DNA from: Octopus sinensis
Lineage: Eukaryota
Assembly (NCBI RefSeq): GCF_006345805.1
Contig: NC_043007.1
Location: forward strand, 46,190,001 to 46,254,000
Direction of reading: 5' to 3'
DNA: 64,000 bases
Part shown: piece by piece, positions 41,751-55,132 of the stretch
How positions within the stretch are numbered: position 1 is the first letter of the stretch
Layout of the letters: every line of letters starts with the position of its first letter
Notes under the pieces: model-generated
The model's database searches: none
Told to the model about the DNA's origin: nothing
What the model saw: the letters and a program-made list of their open reading frames with translations, nothing else
Made by a program: the position numbers and the translations under genes

Positions 41751-41906
41751 TTTTAATAATATTAAAAATGTATCCCTTTCCTTTTTTTCGAAGATTTTAT
41801 TTGAACATTTTGTTTACACATCAAATATCTGATTTTGGCCATTTCCCACATTCTAAACGTTAGCTACACTACTGTGTTATAAAGAATATATACAATATAC
41901 AATATA

Positions 41907-42323
41907 GGCGCAGGAGTGGCTGTGTGGTAAGTAGCTTGCTAACCAACCACATGGTTCCGGGTTCAGTCCCACTGCGTGGCACCTTGGGTAAGTGTCTTCT
42001 GCTATAGCCCCGGGCCGACCAATGCCTTGTGAGTGGATTTGGTAGACGGAAACTGAAAGAAGCCTGTCGTATATATGTATATATATGTATATGTATGTGT
42101 GTGTTTGTGTGTCTGTGTTTGTCCCCCTAGCATTGCTTGACAACCGATGCTGGTGTGTTTACGTCCCCGTAACTTAGCGGTTCGGCAAAAGAGACCGAAA
42201 GAATAAGTACTGGGCTTACAAAGAATAAGTCCCGGGGTCGATTTGCTCGACTAAAGGCGGTGCTCCAGCATGGCCGCAGTCAAATGACTGAAACAAGTAA
42301 AAGAGTAAAAGAGAGTAAAGAGT
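41907..42323 (+). mobile_element. tRNA-derived SINE family B, full length
   Basis: Box A TGGCTGTGTGGTA, box B GGTTCAGTCCC, central (TA)/(TG) microsatellite and (AAAGAGT)n-like tail. Confidence 0.9.
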
Positions 42324-42629
42324 AATATGATTGGCTTATCTACTGCAGAAAACCTTCCTTAATTTACCGCCACACCCGTTAAACCGCAAATTTGTCATGA
42401 TCCCGTTGGTGGCGGTATAACGAGGGTAGAATGTATACATATAAGTTTAAATAGAGGAAAACCAGCGTCATTAAAGGATACTGGTTTGTTGCCTATGATT
42501 TTTTGTGAATAGTAATATTCCAAAACTAATAGTGTTAAGTATAAATCTTGTTTTATAAATATTCAAATTAAAATTCAGAAAATGGAGATGTAGCATTAAT
42601 AGAAATTATTAACTGCAAAAATTCAACAT

Positions 42630-42725
42630 GTTTTCTTACAGCTGTTTCGAATTTTCCCCCAAAAAACTAAATTCCAGCATTTAAAACATTTTACTCGGCA
42701 AAATCTCATCAGAGGAGTAGAAAAG
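42630..42725 (-). ncRNA. Hammerhead-like motif (minus strand), degenerate
   Basis: CTGATGA (42706-42712), gatttt...aaaattc stem II, GAAA-C-agct-GTA with palindromic ACAGCTGT; stem I poorly paired. Confidence 0.4.
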
Positions 42726-42835
42726 ACACACCGTTAGCTTATTACATGTTATTCATCCAAAACATCTCAACAGGTAATAAATCATGTTAATCATTTTCTG
42801 AATTTTAATTTGTATATATATATATATATAATAAA

Positions 42836-43370
42836 AATAATAATAATAATAAACATTGTGTATAGTGCTCAGGTGCACTACAACTCATCGAAAGTGTATA
42901 TATAATCAGGTGTAGTTTCGACGGATTTCGGAAAGCATGAGGGCCTTAAAGGATGCAGTGTCATGGCAGTCAACAACTGACGCAGGCAGTTTATTCCATG
43001 CTTCAGCAACTCTGAGTGTGAAGAAATGTTTCCGAAAGTCATGGGAGCTGTGTTGTTTTCTGACTTTGTAGGCATGTCCACGTGTGTTAGACACATGGAG
43101 ATCAAAAAGGTGTTCAGTGTTGTTATTGGTGAGGTGGTTGACAACTTTGTGGGCGTTTACCAAGTCCGTCGCCAGACGCCGGAGCTTCAGTGAATCCATG
43201 CCCAGGGAAACAAGGCGCTCAGAATATGGTAGGTGTCTGATGGAGGGTATGCGTTTGGTTGCACGTCTCTGAACAGATTCCAGGAGGTCAATGTTCTGAG
43301 CAAGATAGGGGTTCCAAACTGATGATGCGAATTCCAAGTGTGGTCGTACCATAGCTGTATACAGTTTTAA
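42836..43370 (-). mobile_element. CR1-clade LINE, 5'-truncated 3' end with open frame
   Basis: LYTAMVRPHLEFASSVWNPY...LESVQRRATK...YSERL..LG..SL..RRL...TRGH...RKHFFTLRV..AWNKLP; stop at 42906-42908; (TTA)n tail. Confidence 0.92.
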
Positions 43371-44498
43371 TATATGTGTGTGTGTGTGTGTGTGCTTGTG
43401 TGTGTGAATGTGTGTGTGTGTATATATATATATATTTATATATACATATATATATATATATATACATATATGCATACCCTTTTTTTCAGATATACATATA
43501 AACGGTCATATATTTGCGTGAGTGTGTGCATATGTGTGTATATCACTTCCTGTATACTATTCAGTGTTAGAAAAAATTCTATAGCAAACTATAAATGCTC
43601 TGTACAAGTATTTTGCTATGCTATCATTGTGTTATATTCGTTGTTCAAATTGTTATAAAAAAAGGCATACTAATATCCCGATTTAATAGACACTGTGTAA
43701 ACAAATTTGCTGAGATACGCCAATAAATTATTCCCCTTTCTCATTCGAAGTCGGCAGCAATTGTTTTAAGGTGTTTGTACACAGCTTTTCCAAGTGACGA
43801 TAATTTCAATGAATCAAATATATTAAATTATAAAATGAATTTAAAACCGAAATGGAAGGAAGGAAAATGTGATATTATGCCTGATGGAGAGTACAATATG
43901 AAAGAAAATAGAACAAAGAAGAGAAAACGGGAGAAGACAGGATGGGGATTTGTGTTGGGTGAACAGTAAATAAAAAATTAACTCAAGTTTGTGTAAATCG
44001 CTACTGAAGTTCGGTATTCAAATATTTGTGTATGAAAACATAAAATCGCAGATATTTACACATATGCATATATAAAACATATATTATACAACACACACAC
44101 ACTCATATATATATTCAGAGATATAGATAGATATATAGATATAATATCATACGATATTTTATACACATATATCTAAATGAGTAAAGTATATAACTATATA
44201 GTTTGCGAAGTGTAAATATTTACTCATATCAAAGTATTAGCTAAAGCGGATAAATATCCATATAATAGATAATGTTACGACCTACTGTGACTGTTGCACT
44301 TGATATACACGATTGTCGTAAAAAACAGGCTCCAACTTAGAGTTGTCTGACAACTTTTGATACGCACGTATCACACTGAATTATCTAATTTAAAGAATTA
44401 CATTGTTTTCTATGCTAGAGGTAAACCCTGAGTTCATATCATCGAATTTCATACAACATACATGAAGAATGGATAATTATACATCTACATAGCTTGTC

Positions 44499-44882
44499 TA
44501 TTCAATATAATTACCTCCGCCTTAGCGAAGGGGGAGATATTGTTTTCAGTCATGTTTGTTTGTTTGTTCGTCCGATGAAAAGATATATCCATAACCGCTG
44601 GATGGATTCGGATGAAACGTTCAGAGATGTTTAGACTCATTATTGGTACAAATTGATTAGGTTTTGGGATCGATCCGGTAGCGGACAAGGATTCTGGATT
44701 ATTTTTCTTGTTTCTTACTTAATTTTGGAGAGCAGTCTGGTTCATTGTTAGTATTCTCATTTGTGAGAGCAGTCGAATTCATTTTAGATATTCGCATTTA
44801 AAAACATCATCTCAGGTTAATCATTAGGAGGATGTTGGTGTTGCCTTGGCGAAAGTTTGCGCTCACTAAGCGTTCTTGTTCT
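44499..44882 (+). mobile_element. Helentron-like non-autonomous element (HINE/DINE-type)
   Basis: 5' attacctccgcc(ttagcgaa)gggggag hairpin, (GTTT)n, and a 3' ccttggcgaaagtttgcgctc...cttgtt end. Confidence 0.65.
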
Positions 44883-45329
44883 CATTAGATTCACGTTAGG
44901 TTTCAATCCGTCTCGTGTTTTTGGTGCCAACGTCGTTAGAAGCAGCGCTTAGTTGTTTCAGTTACAGTAAATACTCATCCAGCAAATGTATTCCTTGGCA
45001 GAATTGATCAATTTTTTACCTATGCAGATAAGTGAAGCGAACTGAGGATTCAAGTATTAAATAGTCCTTCTCTTATTATATTCTAGGTGAGGGATCATAA
45101 AACCTCAGGATCCGTGGCAGAGTTTCGTTGAAGTACAATATGATATGACTTCAGTTCTTGTCTTACTTAAATTCTGACAACTACTACATTATTAAAAGCC
45201 AAATAAACATTAGGTTTGTTAACAGAGATGAATTTAACTTATAATTATCACGGAAGCAAGCAACTGAATTTTACAAATACAATTTCACACCAATCATATT
45301 TCATTAGAGAAGATGTAATTTACATTCAG

Positions 45330-45650
45330 ACTGGTTGGTAAAAAGACACAATTATTTACTCTGATAGGGATGTGAAACAACATATTCAAATTTGTGAGGT
45401 TGCGGAGCATTTAGTGGAAGTTGTTAAGAGTAAGTTGGAAGGAAAGTTTCGATATACATATACTAACGTTTATTTACTTGTGTGCTACGCTCCAAAAAGT
45501 GACTTATCAGGCCCTAAAAGATGCATATCGAAGTACGCTTAAAGAGGTAGTTAGAATTATAGAAATATGTGATTTGATGTGGCTACTGGTTAATTTCAAT
45601 GTGAAGATTTTCGGTCGTAATAATTTTGAACGAAGGAATTGATTCAAGAC
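45330..45650 (+). mobile_element. LINE APE-endonuclease remnant (RTE-like)
   Basis: NVYLLVCYAPKSDLS and a downstream ..LVNFNVKI resemble IIQCYAPT.D and LGDFNAKIG. Confidence 0.5.
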
Positions 45651-46619
45651 ACTGATAGTTATATACTAGAGAAGAGGTAGCAACTTCAAATACATACTTT
45701 AACTATTTACCACTTAAAGTATTTAATAGATGTGAACAAATAACTCTTTATCGTGGATCTACTATGTTTTGTATGTGGGAAGAAAAAAATTAATTCATCC
45801 TTGATGTATGCTGAAAAATGAAAAGCGTTGGTATTTTAAGGACACAATTCTATTGTATTTGATGCAGGAAGGAGTGCAACTTTTGTGGCACCTCGCATGA
45901 CCTCTGAGAGTAATTGGCGAGAAGGAGGAAGTTATCCTAAAGGCAGAGACCTCGCCTGAATGAGTAGATTGTGCCAAATATATCAAAGATAAAAAGTAGT
46001 GTTATTAAACGAGGAAATGGATCATGTCCACAACACAATTAAGCCACAAAGGGGTTTAAATTCAAACAGTATAGAAGACGAGGAAAATATCTCAATGTAG
46101 CCCATTCGTTGTTCTTGATGTGCCGACAACCAATCGCACGATCATTATATTTTTGAGGGCTGAATGCTTGAATAACTGCTAGACATTTCAACCGATGACT
46201 CTGCTAATTGGCCACCTAAATATGTGTCTCGCACTCGTTGATCACTTAAAAATACTTCATTTGTAACGACACAACATTATTAGTTTTGTATGATCAAAGC
46301 AGGGATTTGCATTTATTTTTCAGTTTTGCTGTGAAGTGTAAAATGCAGCTGGAGAAAACAAGAGAAGGTGATGGCATTACTGTAACGAAACATACAAAAA
46401 TAAAAACTATCTGCATTATTTACTTCCATAGTCAATAGGTATTTTTATAAATAAAGAAAAAATTGTTTCGTTAGTTTCTACAATTTTGTTGAAAAGTTTG
46501 ATAAACAAGGCAGAGCAGTAATATAATCATTGCATTAAGAAGAGTGTATATATAGGCATGTATGAATGTATGTATATGTATATATGTATGAATATATCCA
46601 TATATTTATTTATCTATTC

Positions 46620-46672
<53 letters not shown>

Positions 46673-47432
46673 TAGATAGATAGATATACATAACAATATA
46701 TAATATCTATGTGTCATGTCACGCAATAACCTACAGGTTACGTGAGAGTGTAGCTTTAAAAATTTCAAACATTCCGGCGAAAAAATAGTCTATACATATA
46801 TGATTAGGTGATTGACAGGAAGAACAAGTACATTCTGAATATAAACACATCAGCATGCGCTGAAACACAGGTAATGGTATATATATATATATATATATAT
46901 ACGCACACATGCCAATATCATTTTTCCTTTATGTAGAATTATTTCTATTTTCGAATCAGTAATTTTAGAAGTACAATTGCTATATCTTTAGCCATGCATG
47001 TGTTCCATAATACATGCATTGCAATACACTTCTAAAGATGCACGAACATACATTAAGAGACAAGAGCGTGCGCGCTCATATACATTCACAAACAACACAC
47101 ACACATACGTACGCACAGAATGCTCGAGTTCACTCATAGATAAGACAGCAAAAAATTATCTAACTCAATACGAAGCCAATTACAACGTGTACATTTTCAA
47201 CATTCCAGCAAAAATAATTCCAATGCATACCACACGTTGACAAGCCTATCAAGGTGTGTGCCGAAGCAGCCGTTATGTGTTTTATTCCTCATCACTTATA
47301 GAATAAATTTGGACAAATAAATTATCACATCGTTGACTATGCAGTAGCACGAACTTTATACACATCACACAAACACGCACACACACATACACACACAGAC
47401 AGACAGGCACATACACACACACACACACACAC

Positions 47433-47470
<38 letters not shown>

Positions 47471-47583
47471 GGAGAAATTATACAAAATGTATAAGCGGCT
47501 GATGTGTAAAAGCAGCATGTTTTCGATTACCTGTTATTATCAGTAGATTGCAGGAACTAAGTCAATTTTCCCATCTATTTTAT

Positions 47584-47620
<37 letters not shown>

Positions 47621-47633
47621 AAATATAATGTAA

Positions 47634-47727
47634 CAATTATTCGGTAGCCATGATAAAACTCAGAGTTTTGGATGTCGAGGCGGAAGCATCCGAAACTCTG
47701 AGATTTATCATGGATACCGTATAATTG
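47634..47727. repeat. 94-bp palindrome (41-bp arms, 12-nt loop)
   Basis: Arms at 47634-47674 and 47687-47727; 37/41 Watson-Crick pairs plus one G-T. Confidence 0.85.
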
Positions 47728-47832
47728 TCAGAGATTACAGAATTACAAATAAATTCCTCTGTTTACATAATATCGAGGTCTCTTTCATTCTTTTTTAGTC
47801 CTTCCATTTCTATCAATATATATATATCAATA

Positions 47833-47895
<63 letters not shown>

Positions 47896-48492
47896 AAATT
47901 AAGAAAAAAAATTCTAAGATATTTATATAGATATTATTATTAATCATTTTTTTACTAAAATAAATAATAATAACCAACAGTTATATAAGTGGCCAGCAAG
48001 CAAAAGGCGATAAATGGCAAATCCAAAATTTTATAATGAATTCATAACCACATTAAGGTACAGGAGGTGCCGGCATTGCTGTAAAATTCAGAGTCGAATA
48101 ATCCTCTACAAGCCATCATTCACTGGAAATAGGTAAGCACAATAGAAATCGGGGGACGAGCAAGGAAGTTCCCTTACCATTTCGTCAGAAAGTTTCAGAA
48201 TGAGGAAATACATATCCTGGGAGATGATGTACAGGTATTAGAAGAAATGAGGTAATCAGAAGATCGGATGGTTTATATTTACAGATATTTATTTATATAT
48301 TACATTTTTCACATATATATCATATCATTTAGATCATAAGCGCTTTCTCCCATTCTAGTGGGGTTTTCAAATCAAAATAATTTCTTTGTGGGGAATTTTA
48401 ATCCTTTTATAGAGTTTCGTAGTGGTGGGGAGGAACAAGACAGCACAAGAGGGTGAGGTGGATGAGGAGGAAGTAGTGAGAGAGAGAACATG

Positions 48493-48535
<43 letters not shown>

Positions 48536-49000
48536 TTTTGTGTCTGAGGCTAAAGATAAAGAGGGGAAGGGAGAGGGAAGAAGAAGGATTTCCTTTGGTC
48601 TGCTGGACAGAACACTGACTCCAAGGGGTTTCTAAGAATTTCAGCTTTGACCACTTCAGTGTCACTGAGTGTGTGGTGGTAGGTAGGCATGCCATAAATT
48701 ACACCTCCTTTTATCATTTTGAGGATGGTCAAATGCCGTTTGGGGTCAAAGAACTCTTTCCACTTTTTATGATCGTTTTGTGGAGGTGTGTGTGTGTCTG
48801 TGTGTCCGTGTGTGTTTGTGTGTGTTTGTGTGTGTGCGTGTGTGTGTGTGTGCATGTGTGTGTGCGTGTGTCTGTGTGTCTCTGTGTGTTTGGAGAAGGG
48901 GAGAGAGACAAAAAGAGAAAAGGGAAAAGAAAAATAAAGGAGGAAGGGGAAAAAAATTTGTGTTGATATTTATTCCACTACATATATATACACAGACTTA

Positions 49001-49554
49001 TACATGAAATATTTGAAAAAAAACCTTTTATCAGTTCAAAATGAACAACTAAATTATACCATCTTGAAAATTGTATATCATAGGAAAGTTAAAATTAAAG
49101 TGACAATTAAAAAGTAAAGATGGAAGTAAATTATAAAAATAATATAATGTATATAACAGGCAATATATATATATATGTATACACACACATATATATACAT
49201 ATACAGACTTATACTAAATGTTCTACTATATTAGATTGTAAATCGAAAGATGTGTCCTTCAATGTCACTATATATATATATATACATGCTTACACATGAA
49301 ATATTAGAAAAAAACCACCTTCTATCGATTCAAAATGAACAATCAAATTACACCATCTTGAAAATTGCATATCATAGGAAGGTTAAAATTAGAATGACAA
49401 TTGGCAAGTAAAGATCAAGTAAATTACAAAAACAATATAATGTATATAACAGGTAATATATATATATATATACACACACCTATATATATATACACACACA
49501 TATTAAATGTTCTACTATATTATATTGTAAATCGAAAGATTTGTCCTTTAATGT
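49001..49554 (+). repeat. ~290-bp tandem duplication inside the foldback spacer
   Basis: 49001-49265 vs 49293-49554, roughly 85% identical by eye. Confidence 0.85.
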
Positions 49555-49569
49555 ATGATGAGTAAAGTT

Positions 49570-49899
49570 TCAGCCATTTAATTTGGGGGAGAACTTAGCT
49601 ATGAAATATTTGTCCATATTCCTCCTGAAAGAGGTGTCGTTCTTCGGACATTTGTAGAAGGGAAAGATCTTAAATTTTCCTTCTCCACATGTACCTAGGT
49701 GTGTACTTAGTGGTATTTTGCGTAGTTCTTCCTGCCGAATATGTTGTCGGTGAATCCTGGCTCGCTGGCACAAATAATTACCAGTTTCACCTACGTAATT
49801 CTCCTTGCACGTGGGGCAGGTTATGCAGTACATAACGTTCTGCGTCTTGCAGTTCATATCTGCATTTACTTTGAATATGTCACCATTTTTAAATCTCAT
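49570..49899 (-). CDS. GIY-YIG endonuclease domain of a Penelope-like element (orphan, 109 aa)
   Basis: NCKTQNVMYCITCPTCKENYVGETGNYLCQRARIH...RRNMDKYFIAKFSPKLN has the PLE-type VIY-CxxC-YVGET, R...H and terminal LN; the conserved Glu appears as Asp. Confidence 0.8.
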   Translation of the reverse strand: MRFKNGDIFKVNADMNCKTQNVMYCITCPTCKENYVGETGNYLCQRARIHRQHIRQEELRKIPLSTHLGTCGEGKFKIFPFYKCPKNDTSFRRNMDKYFIAKFSPKLNG

Positions 49900-50227
49900 C
49901 TCTCTGTTTCACACGCACACACACAACACACACACACAAACACACAAACACACACGGACACACAGACACACACAACTCCACAAAACGATCATAAAAAGTG
50001 GAAAGAGTTCTTTGACCCCAAACGGCATTTGACCATCCTCAAAATGATAAAAGGAGGTGTAATTTAGTGCCTGCCTACCCACCACCAGACACTCAGTGAC
50101 ACTGAAGTGGTCAAAGCTGAAATTCTTAGAACCCCTTGGGGTCAGTGTTCTGTCCAGCAGACCAAAGGAAATCCTTCTTCTTCCCTCTCCCTTCCCCTCT
50201 TTCTCTTTAGCCTCAGATAAAAACGCG

Positions 50228-50258
<31 letters not shown>

Positions 50259-50525
50259 ATACACATACACACATATTCTCTCTCTCACTGCTTCCTCCTC
50301 ATCCACCTCACCCTCTTGTGCTGTCTTGTTCCTCCCCACCACTTCGAAACTCTATAAAATGATTAAAATTCCCCACAAAGGAATTATTTTGATTTGAAAA
50401 CCCCACTAGAATGGGAGAAAGCGCTAATGATCTAAATGATATGATATATATGTGAAAAATGTAATATATAAATAAATCTGTAAATATAAACCATCCGATC
50501 TTTTGATTACCTCATTTCTTCTAAT

Positions 50526-50574
<49 letters not shown>

Positions 50575-52239
50575 ATATATTATTAATCATTTTTTTACTA
50601 AAATAAATAATAGAACAATTATATAAGTATATATATAATATATATATATATATATCTATATATATATATATATATATATATACACTTACAGACTCATGCA
50701 CGTCTCAGAAATGTTCACAAAAAGGCGTAACATATTGTATTATCTCAGTTAGTTGTAGACATTTCAGAGTCGCTAGGGTTCGCTTTTTACACACGGTTTC
50801 TTCTGTCACGTTACCGTCTGATTGAAATCCTGTTAAAGTCAACTTTTCTTTTCATCCTCTCAGATGAAATAAAGTGTCTCTGAAATATTGCGGATCATAT
50901 ACTAAACGAAATGCCTTCTCTTCTAATTTGTTGACCTTGTGTAAGAATTAGTATCCCTTATTTCTTCACGATCAATAATGGTGGATTTACGAATCATTCC
51001 GTCGGAAAATGGTTCGTGCTGGTTATTCTGGTTCTTTACGGTTTGAGTACTCGCCCTCAGAAGTTAACATCACTTTTCAAAACTACGCAATCCATAACAT
51101 AAATTATAACTCAAGCGTTGAACCTGGCTGTAATCGACTAAACCTTGGACATGAAGCAATTGTTAGATCTTCCTCGATGTCTTCTCTATTTTTCTCAGCG
51201 TATATAATGTAATATAATACATATATATACGCGTATGATGATGATTGCTTCGACTTGACAGATGAGAGCCGTCTGATCAACACACACAACAAACTCTGTT
51301 CAACGGCACAATCCCTTCGTTGATGACCCTCGGGTGTGCAGTCCCGGCAACTGAGTCACTCTGTAACTTCAACTGATTATTAGCAAAAAGCGGTCGATCC
51401 ACCACATTTTTCGAACTCTCTCATTCAACAAAAGTTTAATAATTGCCACTGAAAATGCTACTAAAATTGTATTGCCCATATGGGTTATGAAAAAATGTTT
51501 CTTATGGGAAAAAGATATCATGTTCCTATATATTTTAGATGCTAGAAAGGCTGTTTGGCACCAGAAGCCCATTGTCTTTATGACACCCAACGAGCTGTAC
51601 GTTTTGTAAGAGGAAACTACATATATACCAATATAAAGCAGCCTCTCGATAACATGTCCTTGTAATAGTGAGGGCTCTAAATTACGCCTGCAAATTCTAT
51701 AGCTTTATAGGTTACATGTTTTATATGGACGAATAGGCGATTCTATGGACAGGTGTATTTGCGTGGAATTGAGTTGATATCTGTCCTAATGTACTTTTTA
51801 TATGAACTAATGAGAATACAAAATGTCAATAGATAAAGGCCAAATACATAACGGAATATTTATCACGAGGCTTTAGATCTTATACATACATAAATACATA
51901 CATATATGCATACACACGCATACACACAGACATTCACATATTCATATATGTATGTATATGTATGTTTGAGTACGTACATATAAGAAAATATGTATGTATA
52001 TATGTTTGTATGTGTATATCTGTATGTATGTGTATGCTTGTATGTGTGTATGGATGGATGGATGAATGTATGTATGTATGTGTGTATGCATGTATGTATA
52101 TATGCATGCATACACTCTTAGATATATTTATATCATTAGTCAAGTGACATTTGGAATCTAGTACAGACTTTAATTTATGAAACAAAAATAATAATTCATT
52201 CAGTCATAACGTGAAAATGTCATGTCTTCAGCGTTCCAC

Positions 52240-52247
52240 AGCTCCAC

Positions 52248-52280
<33 letters not shown>

Positions 52281-52386
52281 TACATACATACATACATACA
52301 TTCATACATACACACATACATACATACATACATACATACATACATACATACATACATACATACATACATACATACATACATACATA
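52240..52386. repeat. (TACA)n microsatellite
   Basis: Read directly. Confidence 0.9.
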
Positions 52387-53109
52387 CAAATCTGATATCA
52401 GAATGTGAGTTAGAGAAGAGAAACTAAGTACAGTTGTGGAAATCTGCTGCCCAGCGGATGTTAGCATGTAGCTGAAGATCAGTGAAAGAGAGAATATCTA
52501 CGCTCGAACTATTGATAAATCTGCAGTTAGTCTATTCAGATTACCAGTTCTGTAATTATTGAGGCACTGGGATGTGTAACTCACTGCCTAAATTCCAATC
52601 TTGAGAAATTAGACTTCTCAAAGCCAGCAAAGAGAAAACTGATTAAAAAATTCAGATCCAATGCATCACTGGAACTGTTAAAATATAGAGAAAATTCTAG
52701 AAGTTCATCATTTAAGCATATATAAGCATGTCTAGATATACAAGTATATGCATGAGATGACATATATAAAACAAAACATACAAATCTGCACGTATACATG
52801 CATACATGCATACAAAAATATTGCGTCGTTCTTGTTGAAATTCTAATGACAGAGCCTTGGATCTCGGTTAGAAACCGACACTTTCTCTATCAGGAAAATC
52901 TTTCAAGAAATCTTGAAATGAAACTGAATAATGGCATTCATCCATACATACTTCCATATACATACGCACACACACACACACGCGCGTGCGGACACACATG
53001 TATATAAACACCTATTCATACACACACACATATATATATATATATACATACATATTTATACATGTACATACATGTATATGTGTATATATATATATACATG
53101 CATACATAC

Positions 53110-53205
<96 letters not shown>

Positions 53206-53794
53206 TATGTATATATATATAGGAAAGTAGTGGCACAACAAGGCACCAATATTTGCTGGAATAGTTGTCGATAACTGTACGATGCTATGTAAAGCTTTAC
53301 TGAATGTATAGGGCGGCGAACATAAGCAGATTTTGGTCTTACCTCTAGAAGAAACGCTAGCGAAATGGATAACCTAGTACTCGAGTTGCGAACTTCCCAG
53401 AATATGATTGTTATCGCAAATGGGATTAGTCTTCGTCAGCTAGATTCACCTCAGACAGAATTTAAAATATCCGCTCATCAATGCCTATGCACTCAGCTGA
53501 GAGCCCAAGCCTAGTGAATAGTTCTATATGAAAAATGATTAATGTTATTACAATACAATAGTATTATATTCCCACGATAAGCACGGTAAAGGTTGAACTA
53601 TAAATAGGAAATAGTGCCACAACAAGCACAAATGTTTGCTAGAAATAGCAGTCGATAACTGTATGACACTATGTAATGCTTCACTGTATGTACAGAGGCA
53701 AAGTTATGTGCTGGTTATGCACATAGAAATTTTCGTCTTACCTCTAAGGGAAACGCCAGATAAATGGACAAATTGTAGTAATATTTATTATTTC

Positions 53795-53852
<58 letters not shown>

Positions 53853-54905
53853 ATTAGAAAATGGAGAAAACCACAGATTAAGCAACACGTCTATTGGACC
53901 TCGTAGGTATTTATCTCTTATGTAGGTATATAACAGACGCCTAGAATTACGCGAATACAAATTATTTAATAGATTTGGCATCTCCATTGCTATAGAGAAT
54001 GAAAACTACTCCATCAACTACTTAGACGTTAACTGGGATTTAAATATGGGCTTACAACAACCTTATATTAAACCTAACTCTAACCTAAAGTATATAAACT
54101 ATCAAAGTAACCATCCACAATCGGTAAAAAGGGCTTTAATTAGAGGCATTAGCAAAAGGATTTCCTATCTCCCATCTAATGAGGACATATTTAATAGTCA
54201 TAAGGATAAGTACGATAAGACACTTATTGAGGCCGGATAAAGAGATAGAATTAAATATATCCCACACGAGTAGTAATAACGAATATGTCAACCGCAACAT
54301 TACTGCACATGGCCATATACCCAGGCATGTATTTGTCGGCACTTGCTGGAATTTGGACTCCTCTTTGCTACTAATGCCTTCTTCTTTCCTCCACTTACTG
54401 CTCTTCTCTCATTTTACTGTACATTATTAGCCCTATATACATGTGAACAATATTTCCCCCATGTTTGATTTTGTTATCCGTTTCATGTTACTTTTATTAT
54501 ATGTTATATTTTTTTACTTTATTGTACTCTATGCCCATCAGTGATTTTTGCACATAATTTTAAACTTAGATTCAATTAGTATTCTCTCTTATCTTAGGGC
54601 ATTTGATTTTTTTTTCTAGGCATACTTAGTAAATTGCTTAATACAAGCTAACTTTTCTCATAGTACAAATCTGTCTGTGGAACCGGCATTTATTGTACAC
54701 ATTAGTTCTATTATATTCCTTTAAATTATTTTATAATAGGGACTATATACCTAATGACTATACAATGCTTATGAAGCTTACTTAGGACTCTGTTGACAAC
54801 TAGACAGTCTCATTATTTGATATGATTTCAGTATGTGACTTGGCCTTAAATATTATCCGCCTAATTGTAAGTGCCATTTTATTTGTACATTTTAGATCAA
54901 CCTAT

Positions 54906-55132
54906 TTATTTACTACCCACAAGGGACTAAACACAGAGAGGGCAAACAAGGACAGACAAACGGATTAAGTCGATTATATCGACCCCAGTGTGTAACTGGT
55001 ACTTAATTTATCGACCCCGAAAGATGAAAGGCAAAGTCGACATCGGCGGAATTTGAACTCAGAACGTAACGGCAGACGAAATACTGCTAAGCATTTCGCC
55101 TGGCGTGCTAACGTTTCTGCCAGCTCACCGCC
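54906..55132 (-). mobile_element. SINE family A monomer with perfect 16-bp TSD
   Basis: TTTTAGATCAACCTAT at 54890-54905 and 55133-55148. Confidence 0.92.

Larger units (their letters stand above)
48236..50526. mobile_element. Foldback Penelope-like structure: ~610-bp inverted arms around a GIY-YIG ORF
   Basis: Arms at 48236-48840 and 49911-50526; about 9 differences in a 240-bp stretch compared; ~1.07-kb spacer. Confidence 0.8.
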
